From contig DASTSM010000349.1 of NCBI GenBank assembly GCA_035760685.1, forward strand, positions 1 through 61,655: a stretch of DNA of 61,655 nt. The letters are read 5' to 3'. Below, piece after piece: positions 34,850 through 44,851 of the stretch. Within the stretch, counting starts at the first letter, position 1; the number at the start of each line of letters is the position of its first letter. The notes under the pieces are model-generated. The model was not told the origin of the DNA and searched no databases. It was given only the letters and a program-made list of their open reading frames with translations. Origin of the DNA: Gammaproteobacteria bacterium. Its GTDB lineage: Bacteria; Pseudomonadota; Gammaproteobacteria; Steroidobacterales; Rariloculaceae. The translations under genes and the position numbers were made by a program.

Positions 34850-36445
34850 ATGACGGCCGAACAACGCACCTCAGTCCTCGTCGTCGGCGGCGCCTTGACC
34901 GGCTTGTCGAGCGCGCTTTTCCTTGCGTGGCAAGGCATCGACTGCGTAGCCGTCGAGCGGCATCCCGATCTGCTGCTGCACCCGCGCCTGCGGGGCATCA
35001 ATCCGCGAACGCTCGAGCTCTATCGGCAGATCGGCCTCGAGCCGGCCATCCGCGAGGCCTGCTTCGCAGATCCGGATGCGTTCAAATGGAGCGCGGTGCG
35101 CGCGGAGACCTTGGCCGACGAGTCGTACGGCGCGGTCGAGGATGCCGAAGCGGGCGGCGGCCTCGCGGCTGCGAGCCCCGCGCCGTTCGCCCCGATCGAC
35201 CAGGACAAGCTCGAGATCCTGCTGCGCGCGAAGGCGCGAGCCCTGGGGGCCGACATTCGTTTCTCGACCGAGCTCGTCTCGTTCTCCGCGAGCGAGGCGG
35301 GCGTGCATGCCGTCCTGCGCGACCGGACAACGGACGAGACCTACGGTTTGACGGCCGACTACCTCATCGCCGCCGACGGCACGCACAGCTCCGTCCGCGA
35401 GCGCCTCGGCATCGGCGTCGACGGTCCCGGCATCCTGTACCACACGATCACGGCGATGGTCGACGCCGATCTCACGCCGGCTACGCGCGGACGCGCAGTC
35501 TCGATCGCGTACCTGCAAAAGCCGCGCCCGTTCACCGCGCTGCTCGCGCACGACCACGAGGCGAAGCGGTGGGTGATCGCCATGGGATTCGATCCGTCGC
35601 GCGAGTCGCTCGGCGACTACACCGACGAGCGTGTGGCGGACATCGTGCGCGCCGCGGCCGGGCTGCCCGAGGTGGACGTCAAGGTGCGGCCGCAGATTCC
35701 GGGCACCGACATCAAGGTGCTCGGATTTCCGATCGGCGCGCAGGTCGCGCAGCGTTTCGTCGACGACACGGGCCGAGTCTTCCTCGCGGGCGACGCGGCG
35801 CGAATCAACCCGCCGACGGGCGGCTTGGGCGGCAACGCCGCGGTGCAGGGCGCGCACAACCTCTGCTGGAAGCTTGCCGCCGTGCTCGAGGGCCATGCGG
35901 GACCGAAGCTGCTCGAGACCTACGAGCAAGAGCGGCGCCCGGTGGCCGAGCTCACGATGCAGCAGGCGTTCGCGCGGTTCGGCTCCCGCATGGGACCCGG
36001 CGCCGAGATCGAGCTGCTCGACTACGACGCGGTCGCCATGGGTTATCGGTACCGATCGTCCGCCGTGCTCGGCGCGCCGGACGACGCGAGGCCCGTCCCT
36101 CCGTCGGCGCTTTGCGCCGAGCCCGGCACGCGCGCGCCGCACGTCCCGATCGGGGAAGGCCGCTCGACGATCGACCTGTACGGCAAGGCCTTCGTGCTGC
36201 TGACGGGATCGAAGGGGAGCCGCGCGGCGACGGCGGCGAAGGCGGCCGCGGACGAGCTCCGCATGCCGCTCGAGACTCATGTCCTCGGCGGCGCGGACGC
36301 CGAAGCGCGGCACGGCATCGAAGCCTCGGGCGCCGTGCTCGTGCGGCCCGACGGCTTCGTGGCGTGGCGCATCGAGTCCAACGCGGGAGCCGCCGAGGCG
36401 GAGCTCGCGGATCGCTTGCGCCGCGTGCTCGGCCGTTCAGGTTGA
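34850..36445 (+). CDS. FAD-dependent aromatic-ring monooxygenase (PheA/TfdB-type hydroxylase)
   Basis: 531 aa. AGGAG-like site upstream. Dinucleotide fold VLVVGGALTGLSSALFL, DG motif IAADGTHSSVRE, GD motif VFLAGDAARINPPTGGLGGN. There is a C-terminal thioredoxin-like extension. Confidence 0.88.
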   Translation: MTAEQRTSVLVVGGALTGLSSALFLAWQGIDCVAVERHPDLLLHPRLRGINPRTLELYRQIGLEPAIREACFADPDAFKWSAVRAETLADESYGAVEDAEAGGGLAAASPAPFAPIDQDKLEILLRAKARALGADIRFSTELVSFSASEAGVHAVLRDRTTDETYGLTADYLIAADGTHSSVRERLGIGVDGPGILYHTITAMVDADLTPATRGRAVSIAYLQKPRPFTALLAHDHEAKRWVIAMGFDPSRESLGDYTDERVADIVRAAAGLPEVDVKVRPQIPGTDIKVLGFPIGAQVAQRFVDDTGRVFLAGDAARINPPTGGLGGNAAVQGAHNLCWKLAAVLEGHAGPKLLETYEQERRPVAELTMQQAFARFGSRMGPGAEIELLDYDAVAMGYRYRSSAVLGAPDDARPVPPSALCAEPGTRAPHVPIGEGRSTIDLYGKAFVLLTGSKGSRAATAAKAAADELRMPLETHVLGGADAEARHGIEASGAVLVRPDGFVAWRIESNAGAAEAELADRLRRVLGRSG

Positions 36446-38206
36446 GCGAACGAGCGCGCCGGCGTCTTGCAGTTCAGCTTCCGCGGCGGCCGCTCGGCGC
36501 GGCGCTAAGAAGCGGCGCTCGAGCTCCGCGGCGGTCAACGGCTCGGACAGCAAATAGCCCTGGACCTCATGGCAGCCGCGCGCGCGCAGCCACTCGAGCT
36601 GCCCGGGCCGCTCGACGCCTTCCGCCGTCACCGTGAGGCCGAGGCTCTGCGCGAGCGAAAGGATCGCATTCGCGACGGCGGCGTCGCTCGGTGAGCGGTC
36701 GACGTCGCGCACGAAAGCCTTGTCGATCTTGATGCGGTCGGGCGGAAAGCGCGTGAGGTAGGCGAGCGACGAGTAGCCGGTGCCGAAATCGTCGAGCGCG
36801 ATTCGGCAGCCGAGCTGCTGGAATCGCCGGAGCACGTTCTTGACCGCCGCCGAGTCCTTCACGAGCAGCGATTCCGTGATTTCGACTTCGATGAGGGCGG
36901 TCGGCACGCCGGCGTTCGCCGCCTCCGTCTCGATCACGCGCGCGGGGTCGCCGTGCAGCAGCTCCTTGGCGGAGCAGTTGACGGCGACCGGGATTTGCAG
37001 GCCGCGATCCAGCCACTTGCGCAGCTGCCGGCACACTGCGCGCACGACCCATTCGCTCATGTCGATGATCAGGCCGCTGTCCTCGGCGATCTCGACGAAA
37101 CGGGAAGGCGAGATGTCGCCATGCTCCTCGTCGCACCAGCGCAGCAGCGCCTCGACGCCGACGAGGCGGTTTTCGCGGAGGTCGAACTTCGGTTGGAACA
37201 TCAGCGTCAGGAGATCGTCGTGCACGGCGCGGCGCAGCCGCGCCTCGAGCTCGAGCCAATCCTGGAGGCGGCTGCTCATGACCGGCGCATAGACGGCGAT
37301 GGGTCCCAAGGCGCCCGACTTCGCCTGATACATCGCGGTATCCGCGTGCTTGAGCACCGACGCGACGTCGGCGCCGTCGTCCGGGAAGAAGGCGATCCCG
37401 ATGCTCGGCGCCGAGTAGAACTCGAGCGAGTCGTAAACGATGGGCGCCTCGAATTCGTCGCTGCACGCTTCGGCGATCTGCATCGCGATCTCGCGAGCGT
37501 TCGCGTGCTGGAGCACGATGATGAACTCGTCGCCGCCGAAGCGGGCGAGCACGAGCCGCGAATATTCCGCGGAGAAGCTCGCGAGCGTCGCGGAAAGCCG
37601 GCCCGCGACGGTGCGCAGGACCTCGTCGCCGACGGAATGGCCGAACGTGTCGTTCACGCGCTTGAAGCTGTTCAAGTCGAGGTAAATGACCGCGGCGGAC
37701 TCGTTCTTCCGTGCGGCGCTCTCGAACATCCCCTCCATGAGATCGATGCACCGCTGCCGGTTCGGCAGGCCCGTCAAAGTGTCGTAATACGCAAGCCGCT
37801 CGATGTGCTCGGCCGAAGCGGCGTTGCGCAAGATGTACTCCAAGCGGTGCGGCAGCAGCGCCCAGTTCACCGGCTTCGAGACGAAGTCCGTCGCGCCGGC
37901 CTCGAATGCGCGGCGGATCGCCTCCGAATCCTGATGCCCCGTGACCATGACGATCGGCACGCTGCCGAAGCGCGAGTCGGCGCGCAGGCGCCGGCAGACG
38001 TCGTGACCGTTCAGTCCGGGCATGTCGACGTCGAGCAGCACGATCGCGGCGTCGCTCTCGAGCGCGGCCGCGAGCGCATCGGCGCCGTTGTCGAAGGCGA
38101 GACTCTCGAGGCCGACTGCGGCGACGGCTTCGCCGAGCAGCATGCGGCCGAGATCCTCGTCGTCGGCGATGATCGCGAGCCGGCGTTGCTGATTTTCGCG
38201 GTTCAT
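36437..38206 (-). CDS. Response regulator with GGDEF and EAL domains (REC-GGDEF-EAL)
   Basis: 589 aa from the internal ATG at 38206, which forms an ATGA overlap with the kinase gene stop. REC ([20 protein letters not shown]). Intact GGDEF ([11 protein letters not shown]). Intact EAL ([22 protein letters not shown]). Confidence 0.9.
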   Translation of the reverse strand: MNRENQQRRLAIIADDEDLGRMLLGEAVAAVGLESLAFDNGADALAAALESDAAIVLLDVDMPGLNGHDVCRRLRADSRFGSVPIVMVTGHQDSEAIRRAFEAGATDFVSKPVNWALLPHRLEYILRNAASAEHIERLAYYDTLTGLPNRQRCIDLMEGMFESAARKNESAAVIYLDLNSFKRVNDTFGHSVGDEVLRTVAGRLSATLASFSAEYSRLVLARFGGDEFIIVLQHANAREIAMQIAEACSDEFEAPIVYDSLEFYSAPSIGIAFFPDDGADVASVLKHADTAMYQAKSGALGPIAVYAPVMSSRLQDWLELEARLRRAVHDDLLTLMFQPKFDLRENRLVGVEALLRWCDEEHGDISPSRFVEIAEDSGLIIDMSEWVVRAVCRQLRKWLDRGLQIPVAVNCSAKELLHGDPARVIETEAANAGVPTALIEVEITESLLVKDSAAVKNVLRRFQQLGCRIALDDFGTGYSSLAYLTRFPPDRIKIDKAFVRDVDRSPSDAAVANAILSLAQSLGLTVTAEGVERPGQLEWLRARGCHEVQGYLLSEPLTAAELERRFLAPRRAAAAEAELQDAGALVRST

Positions 38207-41200
38207 GCGATCGCCTGCAGAGTCCGGCTTTGCAGCGTCTCGAGCAGCGGCACGTGCGCCGCACGCAGCACTCGGCACAGCTCCGGCGCGCGTGTGCGCC
38301 CGTCCGCGAGACACTGCCTCTCGAGCTCTTTGACTTGGTCGGCGTACGCGAGCGCACCCACGTTCGCCGCGGCCGAAGCGAGCTTGTGGCACACGGCGGC
38401 GGCCGCGGCGAGATCGCCTCGCCCGAGGGCGGCTTCGAGGTCGGCGAGCGATTGCGTGGAGCTCGAGCGGAACAGCTCGACGAGCTTCGCGTAGAGCGCG
38501 GCGTGCCTGCCCGGGTGCAGTTGGCGCAGCGCCGCGACGGCGTCGGCATCGACGCACGCGAGCCGCCGGGCATCGGCGGCGTCCTCGGCCGCGGCGCCGC
38601 TCGCGGGCGCGAGCCAGCGCCGCAAGAGACGCGTGCAGTCATCGAGCGTGTACGGCTTGCTCAAGATGCCGTCGATGTCGGCCGCGAGGCACTTCTCTCG
38701 GTAGTGCTCGGCATCGTGCGCCGTCAGCGCGACGATCGGTGTGCGCGCTTCGCCGTTCTCGCCGGCGCGCTCCTGATGTTGGCGTATGAGCGCGGTCGTC
38801 GCGAATCCGTCCATTCCAGGCATGCTGAGATCCATCAATATGAGATCGAAGCGTTCGGCCGCGCTGCGCGCGACGGCCTCCGCGCCGCTTTCGACCCAGA
38901 CGCACGTGCATCCGAGCGCATCGAGATAGCCTTGCGCGACCGCGGCATTGACGGGCTCGTCCTCGACGAGGAGCACATGCCCCGCGAGAGGCGCATCGTC
39001 GACGGCCCGATCATCGGCAGCGGGGCTCGCGCGCACGCCGATCGCAGCGGCCAGCGCGTCCCGCAACGCGGCCCGATGAACCGGCTTCAAAACGATTCGG
39101 CCGTCGGGCAACGCGGTGCGCAGCCGCCGTTCCTCCACATCGCCGGCGGTCGCGATTACGATGACGGGGGCGCGCGCGCCGCCGGGCGAGGCGAGCAGCG
39201 AGTCGACCGTGTCCGGATAGCTGTCGGCGTCGAGCACCACGACGTCGGCTCGCTGGGCCTCGGACTCGTGCGCGAGGATCTCGAGACCGAGCGACGATGC
39301 GTGCCGCGCGAGCGACTCCGCGAGCGACGGACGGCGCGACTGTATGTGGACGCGGCGGCCGGCGAGATCCGCGGGCCGGCTCGGCTCGAGCGCGTCCCCG
39401 ACCTCGAGCGGGAGCGAGACGCGGAAAGTGGAGCCGATCTGCGGCCGGCTCTCGACCGTGATGCCGCCGCCCATGAGATCGGCGAGCTCGCGGCAGATCG
39501 CGAGGCCGAGCCCCGTGCCTCCGAAGCGGCGCGTCGTGGCCTCGTCGGCCTGCGCGAAAGGCTCGAAGATCTTGGCCGTCGTCGCCGCGTCCATGCCGAT
39601 GCCGGTGTCGGCGACGGTCAGCCGCGCGGCGGCCCGGCCGCCGCCGTCCGTATCGATGTCCGCCTTGACGACGACTTCGCCTTGCTCCGTGAATTTGACT
39701 GCATTGCCGACCAGGTTCATCAAGATCTGGCGAATGCGAAGCGGGTCGCCGAGCAGGGCGCGCTCGGCCGGCGCCGGCGGGCACACGACGAGCTCGATGC
39801 CCTTCGCCTCGGCCGCACCCGCGAACAAGCTCGTGCATTCTTCGAGGATCCGGCCAAGATCGATCGGCAGCCGCTCGAGCGTCACCTTTCCCGCTCGCAC
39901 GCGCGACAGGTCGAGCAGGTCGTTGACGATTTGCAGCAGGATCTGCGCCGATGAGCGGATCGTTTTCGTGAGGTGCGTCTGCGTCGGCGAAAGCGCGGTG
40001 CGCGACAAGAGCTCGGTCATGCCGACCACGCCGTTCATCGGTGTGCGCAGCTCGTGACTCATGCGGTCGAGGAAGTCGCTCTTCGCCTGCGCCGCCTCGG
40101 CGAGCTGCCGGTTGCTCTCGACGAGCTCGCGCGTGCGCAGCTGCACCTCGGACTCGAGACGCTCGCGCGCTCGGGCCATCTCCTGGAATTTCTTCCGGTG
40201 CCGGCGAATTTGCTGCGCAATCAGGCCGAGCAGCGCGAGCGCATAGATCGCGTACGCCGCGGGCGACGCCCAGGGCGCGGGATCCCGGTGAATCGTCAAC
40301 CGCAAGGGCGTCGTGCTCCAGGCGGAGTCGGAGTTCGCGGCGCGCACCTCGAGCACGTGATCGCCGGGATCGAGATTCGTGAGCGTGATGCGGCGGTCGG
40401 CGCCGAGATCGATCCAATCGTCGGTCAGGCCGGCCATGCGATAGGCGAGTCGGTTGTACGCCGGCGACGTGAAATCGAGCACGCCGAAGTCGAGCGACAC
40501 GATGCTGCCGCGATAGTCGAGCTCGATGCGATCGCGCAGCCAGAAGGGCGTCTTGCCTTCCGCGCGCACGCCGAGCACCTCGACGTTCGTGAGCGCGACG
40601 CGCGGCGGCTCGCCGTTCTCCGACAGCGCCGCCGGGTCGAAGATGTTGAAGCCGCCCGGTCCCCCGAAGCACACGCGTCCGTCGCGCAGCCGAAAGTACG
40701 CGCCGAACGAGAACTCCTCGCCCTGCAAGCCGTCGGCGCGATGGTAGGTCTTGACGGCGCCCGTCGCGGGATCGAGCCGCATGAGGCCCGCGTTGCCGCT
40801 GAGCCAGATTCGGCCGAGATCATCCGGCACTACGCCGTACAGCGTGTCGCTCGAGAGACCGTCGGCGCGCGTGACGGCCTCGAACTCGATCGCATCGGGC
40901 GCCGCGGACGGATCGACGACGCGGGCGAGGCCGCCCCCGTCCGTGGCGATCCAAACGTTGCCGTCGCCGTCGACGGCGAGCGCATACACCGTGTTGGACG
41001 GGAGCGAAGACGGGTCGGCCGGATCGTTGCGGAAGACTTTCAGCACCGTGCCGTCCGCGCGCGCGAGATCGAGCCCCTCGCCCTCGGTGCCGAGCCAGAG
41101 ATTGCCGCGCGAGTCCTCCGCGATCGCGGTCACGTTCGGGGCGCTGACCGCACCCGGGGCAGAGCCGAAGGGAAGCTGGCGCACGGTGCGCGTCGCCGGG

Positions 41201-42729
41201 TCGAGCACGTTCGCGCCGCCGCCGAGCGTGCCGATCCAGATCGAGCCGCTGCGCGTCACGAGCATCGACAAGATGCCGGGTGCGCTCAGCGACTGCGGAT
41301 CGCCGGGCTGCACCGGAATCGACTCGACGCGGCCTTCCGGCGTGAGGACCTTGACGCCGCCGCCCATCGTGCCGATCCACAGCGCGCCGCGACGATCGAG
41401 CTGCAGCGACGTGAGCGGATCGTCGCCGACGGCATTCTTGCGCCCGACGAGCGTATCGACGGATGTCGCGACGCCGGTCGCGGCGTCGAAGCGAACGAGC
41501 CCGCTGAGCCATGCGATCCACAGGTCGCCGCCGGGCGCGTCCGCGAAGGCCGTGATGGGCTGGTTGTCGAGCCAGCTGGGACGATGCCCGCCGAGCTCCC
41601 AGCTGTGCGGGTTCCAGCGGCTCACGCCGCCCGTGCGGGTGCCGATCCAGACGAGGCCGGTCGGGTCCTGATAAAGCGACATCACGAACGAATCGCGGAG
41701 CGACGCGTTGTCGTTCGCGTCGCGGCGATAATTCGTGAACGTTCCCTTGGAACGATCGAGCAGCGAGAGGGCGTCGCCCGTGCCGACCCATAGCCGGCCC
41801 GCCCGGTCCTCGAGCAGCGCGCGCACGTCGTCGCTCGCGAGCGACGACGCATTGCCGGCGTCGTGTCGGAACGTTTCGAGCACCCGGCCGTCCCGGTCGG
41901 TGTGGATCAGGCCCGCATCGAACGTCGCGATCCAGAGCGTGCCGCTCCGATCCTCGATCACGCGCGCCACCTTCTTGTCTCGCAGCGAATGCGGATCGCC
42001 GGCGGGCGGGCCGACGCGAGTCAGCGTGCGCGTGTCGGACTGCCATCGGTCGAGCCCGCTGTCCGTGCCGATCAAGACGTTGCCGGCGCGATCGAGCGCG
42101 AGGGCGGAAACGCGGTCGTTGCCGAGCGAAGCGGGATCGCCCGGGTCGTGACGGATGTGCTCGATGCGCCCCGTCGACGGATCGAGCACGTCGACGCCCG
42201 CGTCGAACGTTCCGATCCAGACGAAGCCGCGCCGGTCGATGAGCACGGTGCGGACCCTGTCGCTCGCAAGCGAGCCTGAGTCGTTCGCGTCGTGTCGATA
42301 GCTCGTGAAGGCGTCGGTCCGGCGATCCCATTTCGCGAGCCCGGCGTCGTTGATCGCGATCCAGAGGTTGCTTTGCCGATCCTCGGCGATCTCCCAGATG
42401 TAGTTGCCGGGCAGAGAGCCGCTGTCCGTTCGAGAGCGCGCGTAGCGGTAGAGCTCGTGTCCGTCGTAGCGCACGAGCCCATCCTCGGTGCCGAGCCAGA
42501 CGAAGCCTTGCGAGTCCTGCAGCGTCGCCATGACCGTCGCCTGCGGGAGACCGTCCTCGGTCGTCAGGTGCTCGAGCACGAGCGGCGGCGCGTCGGCCGC
42601 GGCGGCCGACGCGCCGAGCATCGAGAGGCAGGCGTTGACGAGATGCGAGCGCCATCGGACGCTCGATCGTTGGGTCGATTTCACGCGCGGAGTCTCGGCG
42701 AGCTTGGGCGGCGCGGCGTTGATGCGCAT
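38203..42729 (-). CDS. Hybrid sensor histidine kinase with a periplasmic two-component-regulator propeller / Y_Y_Y domain, REC and HPt
   Basis: 1508 aa from the internal ATG at 42729. WIGT/WIAT/LWLGT propeller motifs recur about every 45 aa. TM segment [17 protein letters not shown]. HisKA ([11 protein letters not shown]). HATPase_c ([26 protein letters not shown]). A receiver-like spacer precedes the REC ([27 protein letters not shown]). HPt ([14 protein letters not shown]). Confidence 0.9.
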   Translation of the reverse strand: MRINAAPPKLAETPRVKSTQRSSVRWRSHLVNACLSMLGASAAAADAPPLVLEHLTTEDGLPQATVMATLQDSQGFVWLGTEDGLVRYDGHELYRYARSRTDSGSLPGNYIWEIAEDRQSNLWIAINDAGLAKWDRRTDAFTSYRHDANDSGSLASDRVRTVLIDRRGFVWIGTFDAGVDVLDPSTGRIEHIRHDPGDPASLGNDRVSALALDRAGNVLIGTDSGLDRWQSDTRTLTRVGPPAGDPHSLRDKKVARVIEDRSGTLWIATFDAGLIHTDRDGRVLETFRHDAGNASSLASDDVRALLEDRAGRLWVGTGDALSLLDRSKGTFTNYRRDANDNASLRDSFVMSLYQDPTGLVWIGTRTGGVSRWNPHSWELGGHRPSWLDNQPITAFADAPGGDLWIAWLSGLVRFDAATGVATSVDTLVGRKNAVGDDPLTSLQLDRRGALWIGTMGGGVKVLTPEGRVESIPVQPGDPQSLSAPGILSMLVTRSGSIWIGTLGGGANVLDPATRTVRQLPFGSAPGAVSAPNVTAIAEDSRGNLWLGTEGEGLDLARADGTVLKVFRNDPADPSSLPSNTVYALAVDGDGNVWIATDGGGLARVVDPSAAPDAIEFEAVTRADGLSSDTLYGVVPDDLGRIWLSGNAGLMRLDPATGAVKTYHRADGLQGEEFSFGAYFRLRDGRVCFGGPGGFNIFDPAALSENGEPPRVALTNVEVLGVRAEGKTPFWLRDRIELDYRGSIVSLDFGVLDFTSPAYNRLAYRMAGLTDDWIDLGADRRITLTNLDPGDHVLEVRAANSDSAWSTTPLRLTIHRDPAPWASPAAYAIYALALLGLIAQQIRRHRKKFQEMARARERLESEVQLRTRELVESNRQLAEAAQAKSDFLDRMSHELRTPMNGVVGMTELLSRTALSPTQTHLTKTIRSSAQILLQIVNDLLDLSRVRAGKVTLERLPIDLGRILEECTSLFAGAAEAKGIELVVCPPAPAERALLGDPLRIRQILMNLVGNAVKFTEQGEVVVKADIDTDGGGRAAARLTVADTGIGMDAATTAKIFEPFAQADEATTRRFGGTGLGLAICRELADLMGGGITVESRPQIGSTFRVSLPLEVGDALEPSRPADLAGRRVHIQSRRPSLAESLARHASSLGLEILAHESEAQRADVVVLDADSYPDTVDSLLASPGGARAPVIVIATAGDVEERRLRTALPDGRIVLKPVHRAALRDALAAAIGVRASPAADDRAVDDAPLAGHVLLVEDEPVNAAVAQGYLDALGCTCVWVESGAEAVARSAAERFDLILMDLSMPGMDGFATTALIRQHQERAGENGEARTPIVALTAHDAEHYREKCLAADIDGILSKPYTLDDCTRLLRRWLAPASGAAAEDAADARRLACVDADAVAALRQLHPGRHAALYAKLVELFRSSSTQSLADLEAALGRGDLAAAAAVCHKLASAAANVGALAYADQVKELERQCLADGRTRAPELCRVLRAAHVPLLETLQSRTLQAIA

Positions 42730-42788
42730 CCCGAATCCGGCAAGCGCCGGGAGGCCGCGCCGCCGAAGCGTCGGCGGCGCGGCGGACG

Positions 42789-44708
42789 TCACTCGTTGGG
42801 CACCCAGCTCGCGATCGAGGCGGGCTTCGTGCTGGAGGTTCGCGGCGGCGACGTGTACCACCAGGGCTCGCTTCGGCTCCACGTGTAGCCGCGGCTCCAC
42901 GTATAGCCGCGCGACCACGTATAGCCCCGGCTCCAGGTGTAGCCGCGGCTCCACGTGTAGCCTCGGCTCCAGGTGTAGCCCTGGCTCCAGGAGTAGCCTT
43001 CGCCCCGCGGATAGCCGCGCGACCACGTGTAGCCGTCGGCATCGGCGGACCCGCCCCAACGCCAGCCGTCCATGTCCATGATGTAGTAGTCGCCGTTCGC
43101 GTCCTGGTTCGCGGGGCCGCCGAAGTGCGCGATGCCGGCGATGTCCTCGTCGATGTCGAGCCCGCGGTTCGCGCACCCGGACGCGCCGCTGTTCGCCGCA
43201 TCGAGCGCGTTCAGGAGACCGGCTCCCTGCTGGAACACGCTGTACGCGAGCGTGCCGTCCGCCTTCACGGCGGGCCGCCCGGACGCGAGCAGCCGGCACT
43301 TCACCTCGTCCGGCGTCAGCCACGGGGCTTGTTGCAGCAGCAGCGCGACGACGCCCGAGGTCACGGCCGCCGCCTGCGAAGTGCCCGACATCACGAAGAG
43401 CTGCTCCGCGATGTTCATCGAGCCCGGATCGATGTTGGCGAGATAGCTGCTGCTCGACATCGAAGCCGCGATGTGGCCGCCCGGCGCGACGATCTCGGGC
43501 TTCACGAAGCCTTCGAAAGTCGGACCGGCCGAGGAGAACGACGCGAGACGGTCGTCGCCGCCGTCATAGGGCGTGTAGTCGTCCGTCAGCGCGCCGACCG
43601 TGATGACGTACGGCACGTTGCCCGGCACGTCGATGGTCATCGGGCTCGGACCGTCGTTGCCCGCGGCGACCACGACGACGATACCCGCGCGCCATGCGGC
43701 CATGACGGCCTGGTTCAGCGGATCGTCCCAGTAGAACGATTGCGGCTCCGCGCCGAACGAAAGGTTCAGCACGCGGATCCGGTACTGCGCGCGGTGCGCG
43801 ACGATCCAGTCGAGACCCGCGATGACGTCGACGTAGCGTCCCGCGCCCTCGCCGTTGAACGCGCGCACGATGACGAGATTCGCGCCGGGAGCGATGCCCT
43901 GATAGTCGCCCGAAAGCGCCTGCGCGCCGCTCGCCGCGATGGACGTCACGTGCGTGCCGTGACCGTACGGATCGCTCCTGACGGGGCCCGAGCCGCCGTT
44001 CGTCACGTCGACGGAGGCGAGGATGCGATTGCCGTAGAACTGAGTCGTGTCCTGCCAGAGCCCCGTGTCGAGCACGGCGATCGTGACGCCGCGGCCCGTG
44101 ATCCCGGCGCGCTGGAGCGAGTCGGCGCCGATGAGCCCCGGATAGTTCGTCTCGTAGAGCAGCGGCAGGCCGAGCAGGACGCCGGTGCCGTCCTCGAGCG
44201 TCGGAATGGAGCTCAGCGTGTCGACGAGCGGCGACGTGAGCGTGCTGACGAGAGGATCGGTCGTGACCGTCGAAACGACCGGAGTCGCGATCGACTGCAC
44301 GTCCTCGACGAGAGGACTCGTCGCGAGCGTCGAGTTCAGCGAGTTCACGAGGTTCTGCAGACTGCCGAGCAGCGAGCCGCGTGTTTTGACCGCGCGATCC
44401 TCGTAGACCCGAAGGCTCGAATCCGAGCGCAGACGGGCAAGCTGCGGCGGCGTGAGCCGAGCGGAGACGGCGTGAATGATGCGGAGCTCCGCCTCGGGCT
44501 CGGCGCCGACGGCGCGGACGCGGGTGCGCGCCGCGTCGAGCGTCGCGCCCTGCACGATATACGATGCCGTCTCTTGCGGCTGCGCCGCCGCCGCAAACGC
44601 GCCGGCCGTCGCGGTCAGGAGCCCGATCAGCAACCGAGCCGCGAGCCCGATTCGGCAGCGAGGCCCGAGGGCAAGCGGCAAACGCGGCGCACGTATGAAG
44701 TTTTTCAT
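42789..44708 (-). CDS. Secreted S8 subtilisin-like serine protease with a C-terminal (GYTWSR)n hexapeptide repeat tail
   Basis: 639 aa from the internal ATG at 44708. It has a signal peptide and an I9-like propeptide (ASYIVQG...LRVYEDRAV). The catalytic triad sits in subtilase contexts: [35 protein letters not shown]. The tail is Trp/Tyr-rich. Confidence 0.88.
   Translation of the reverse strand: MKNFIRAPRLPLALGPRCRIGLAARLLIGLLTATAGAFAAAAQPQETASYIVQGATLDAARTRVRAVGAEPEAELRIIHAVSARLTPPQLARLRSDSSLRVYEDRAVKTRGSLLGSLQNLVNSLNSTLATSPLVEDVQSIATPVVSTVTTDPLVSTLTSPLVDTLSSIPTLEDGTGVLLGLPLLYETNYPGLIGADSLQRAGITGRGVTIAVLDTGLWQDTTQFYGNRILASVDVTNGGSGPVRSDPYGHGTHVTSIAASGAQALSGDYQGIAPGANLVIVRAFNGEGAGRYVDVIAGLDWIVAHRAQYRIRVLNLSFGAEPQSFYWDDPLNQAVMAAWRAGIVVVVAAGNDGPSPMTIDVPGNVPYVITVGALTDDYTPYDGGDDRLASFSSAGPTFEGFVKPEIVAPGGHIAASMSSSSYLANIDPGSMNIAEQLFVMSGTSQAAAVTSGVVALLLQQAPWLTPDEVKCRLLASGRPAVKADGTLAYSVFQQGAGLLNALDAANSGASGCANRGLDIDEDIAGIAHFGGPANQDANGDYYIMDMDGWRWGGSADADGYTWSRGYPRGEGYSWSQGYTWSRGYTWSRGYTWSRGYTWSRGYTWSRGYTWSRSEPWWYTSPPRTSSTKPASIASWVPNE
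42873..43034 (-). repeat. Nine tandem 18-bp units encoding GY(T/S/P)(W/R)(S/G)(R/Q/E)
   Basis: Read on the minus strand the units are [18 protein letters not shown], then 6x GYTWSR. The units differ mainly at synonymous sites: TAC/TAT, ACG/ACC, AGC/TCG, CGC/CGA/CGG. Confidence 0.9.
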
Positions 44709-44851
44709 TTTGTTTCCCCTGGCGAGCAGGACGTGCGCTATCTCAATACAACGGCCCCGGTACGGCACGGACGCGCCCGATGCGGCCTCCACGCATTGTG
44801 TGACGCGTGTCTCATAACGCGAGGTGTCAAATGCGGCGGTGCGGTGCGCCG

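Noticed and set aside
42730-43323. An N-terminal extension of the histidine-kinase ORF containing [15 protein letters not shown] repeats.
   Set aside because: This is the same-strand, out-of-frame reading of the protease (GYTWSR)n repeat DNA. The kinase signal sequence and propeller start after ATG 42729.
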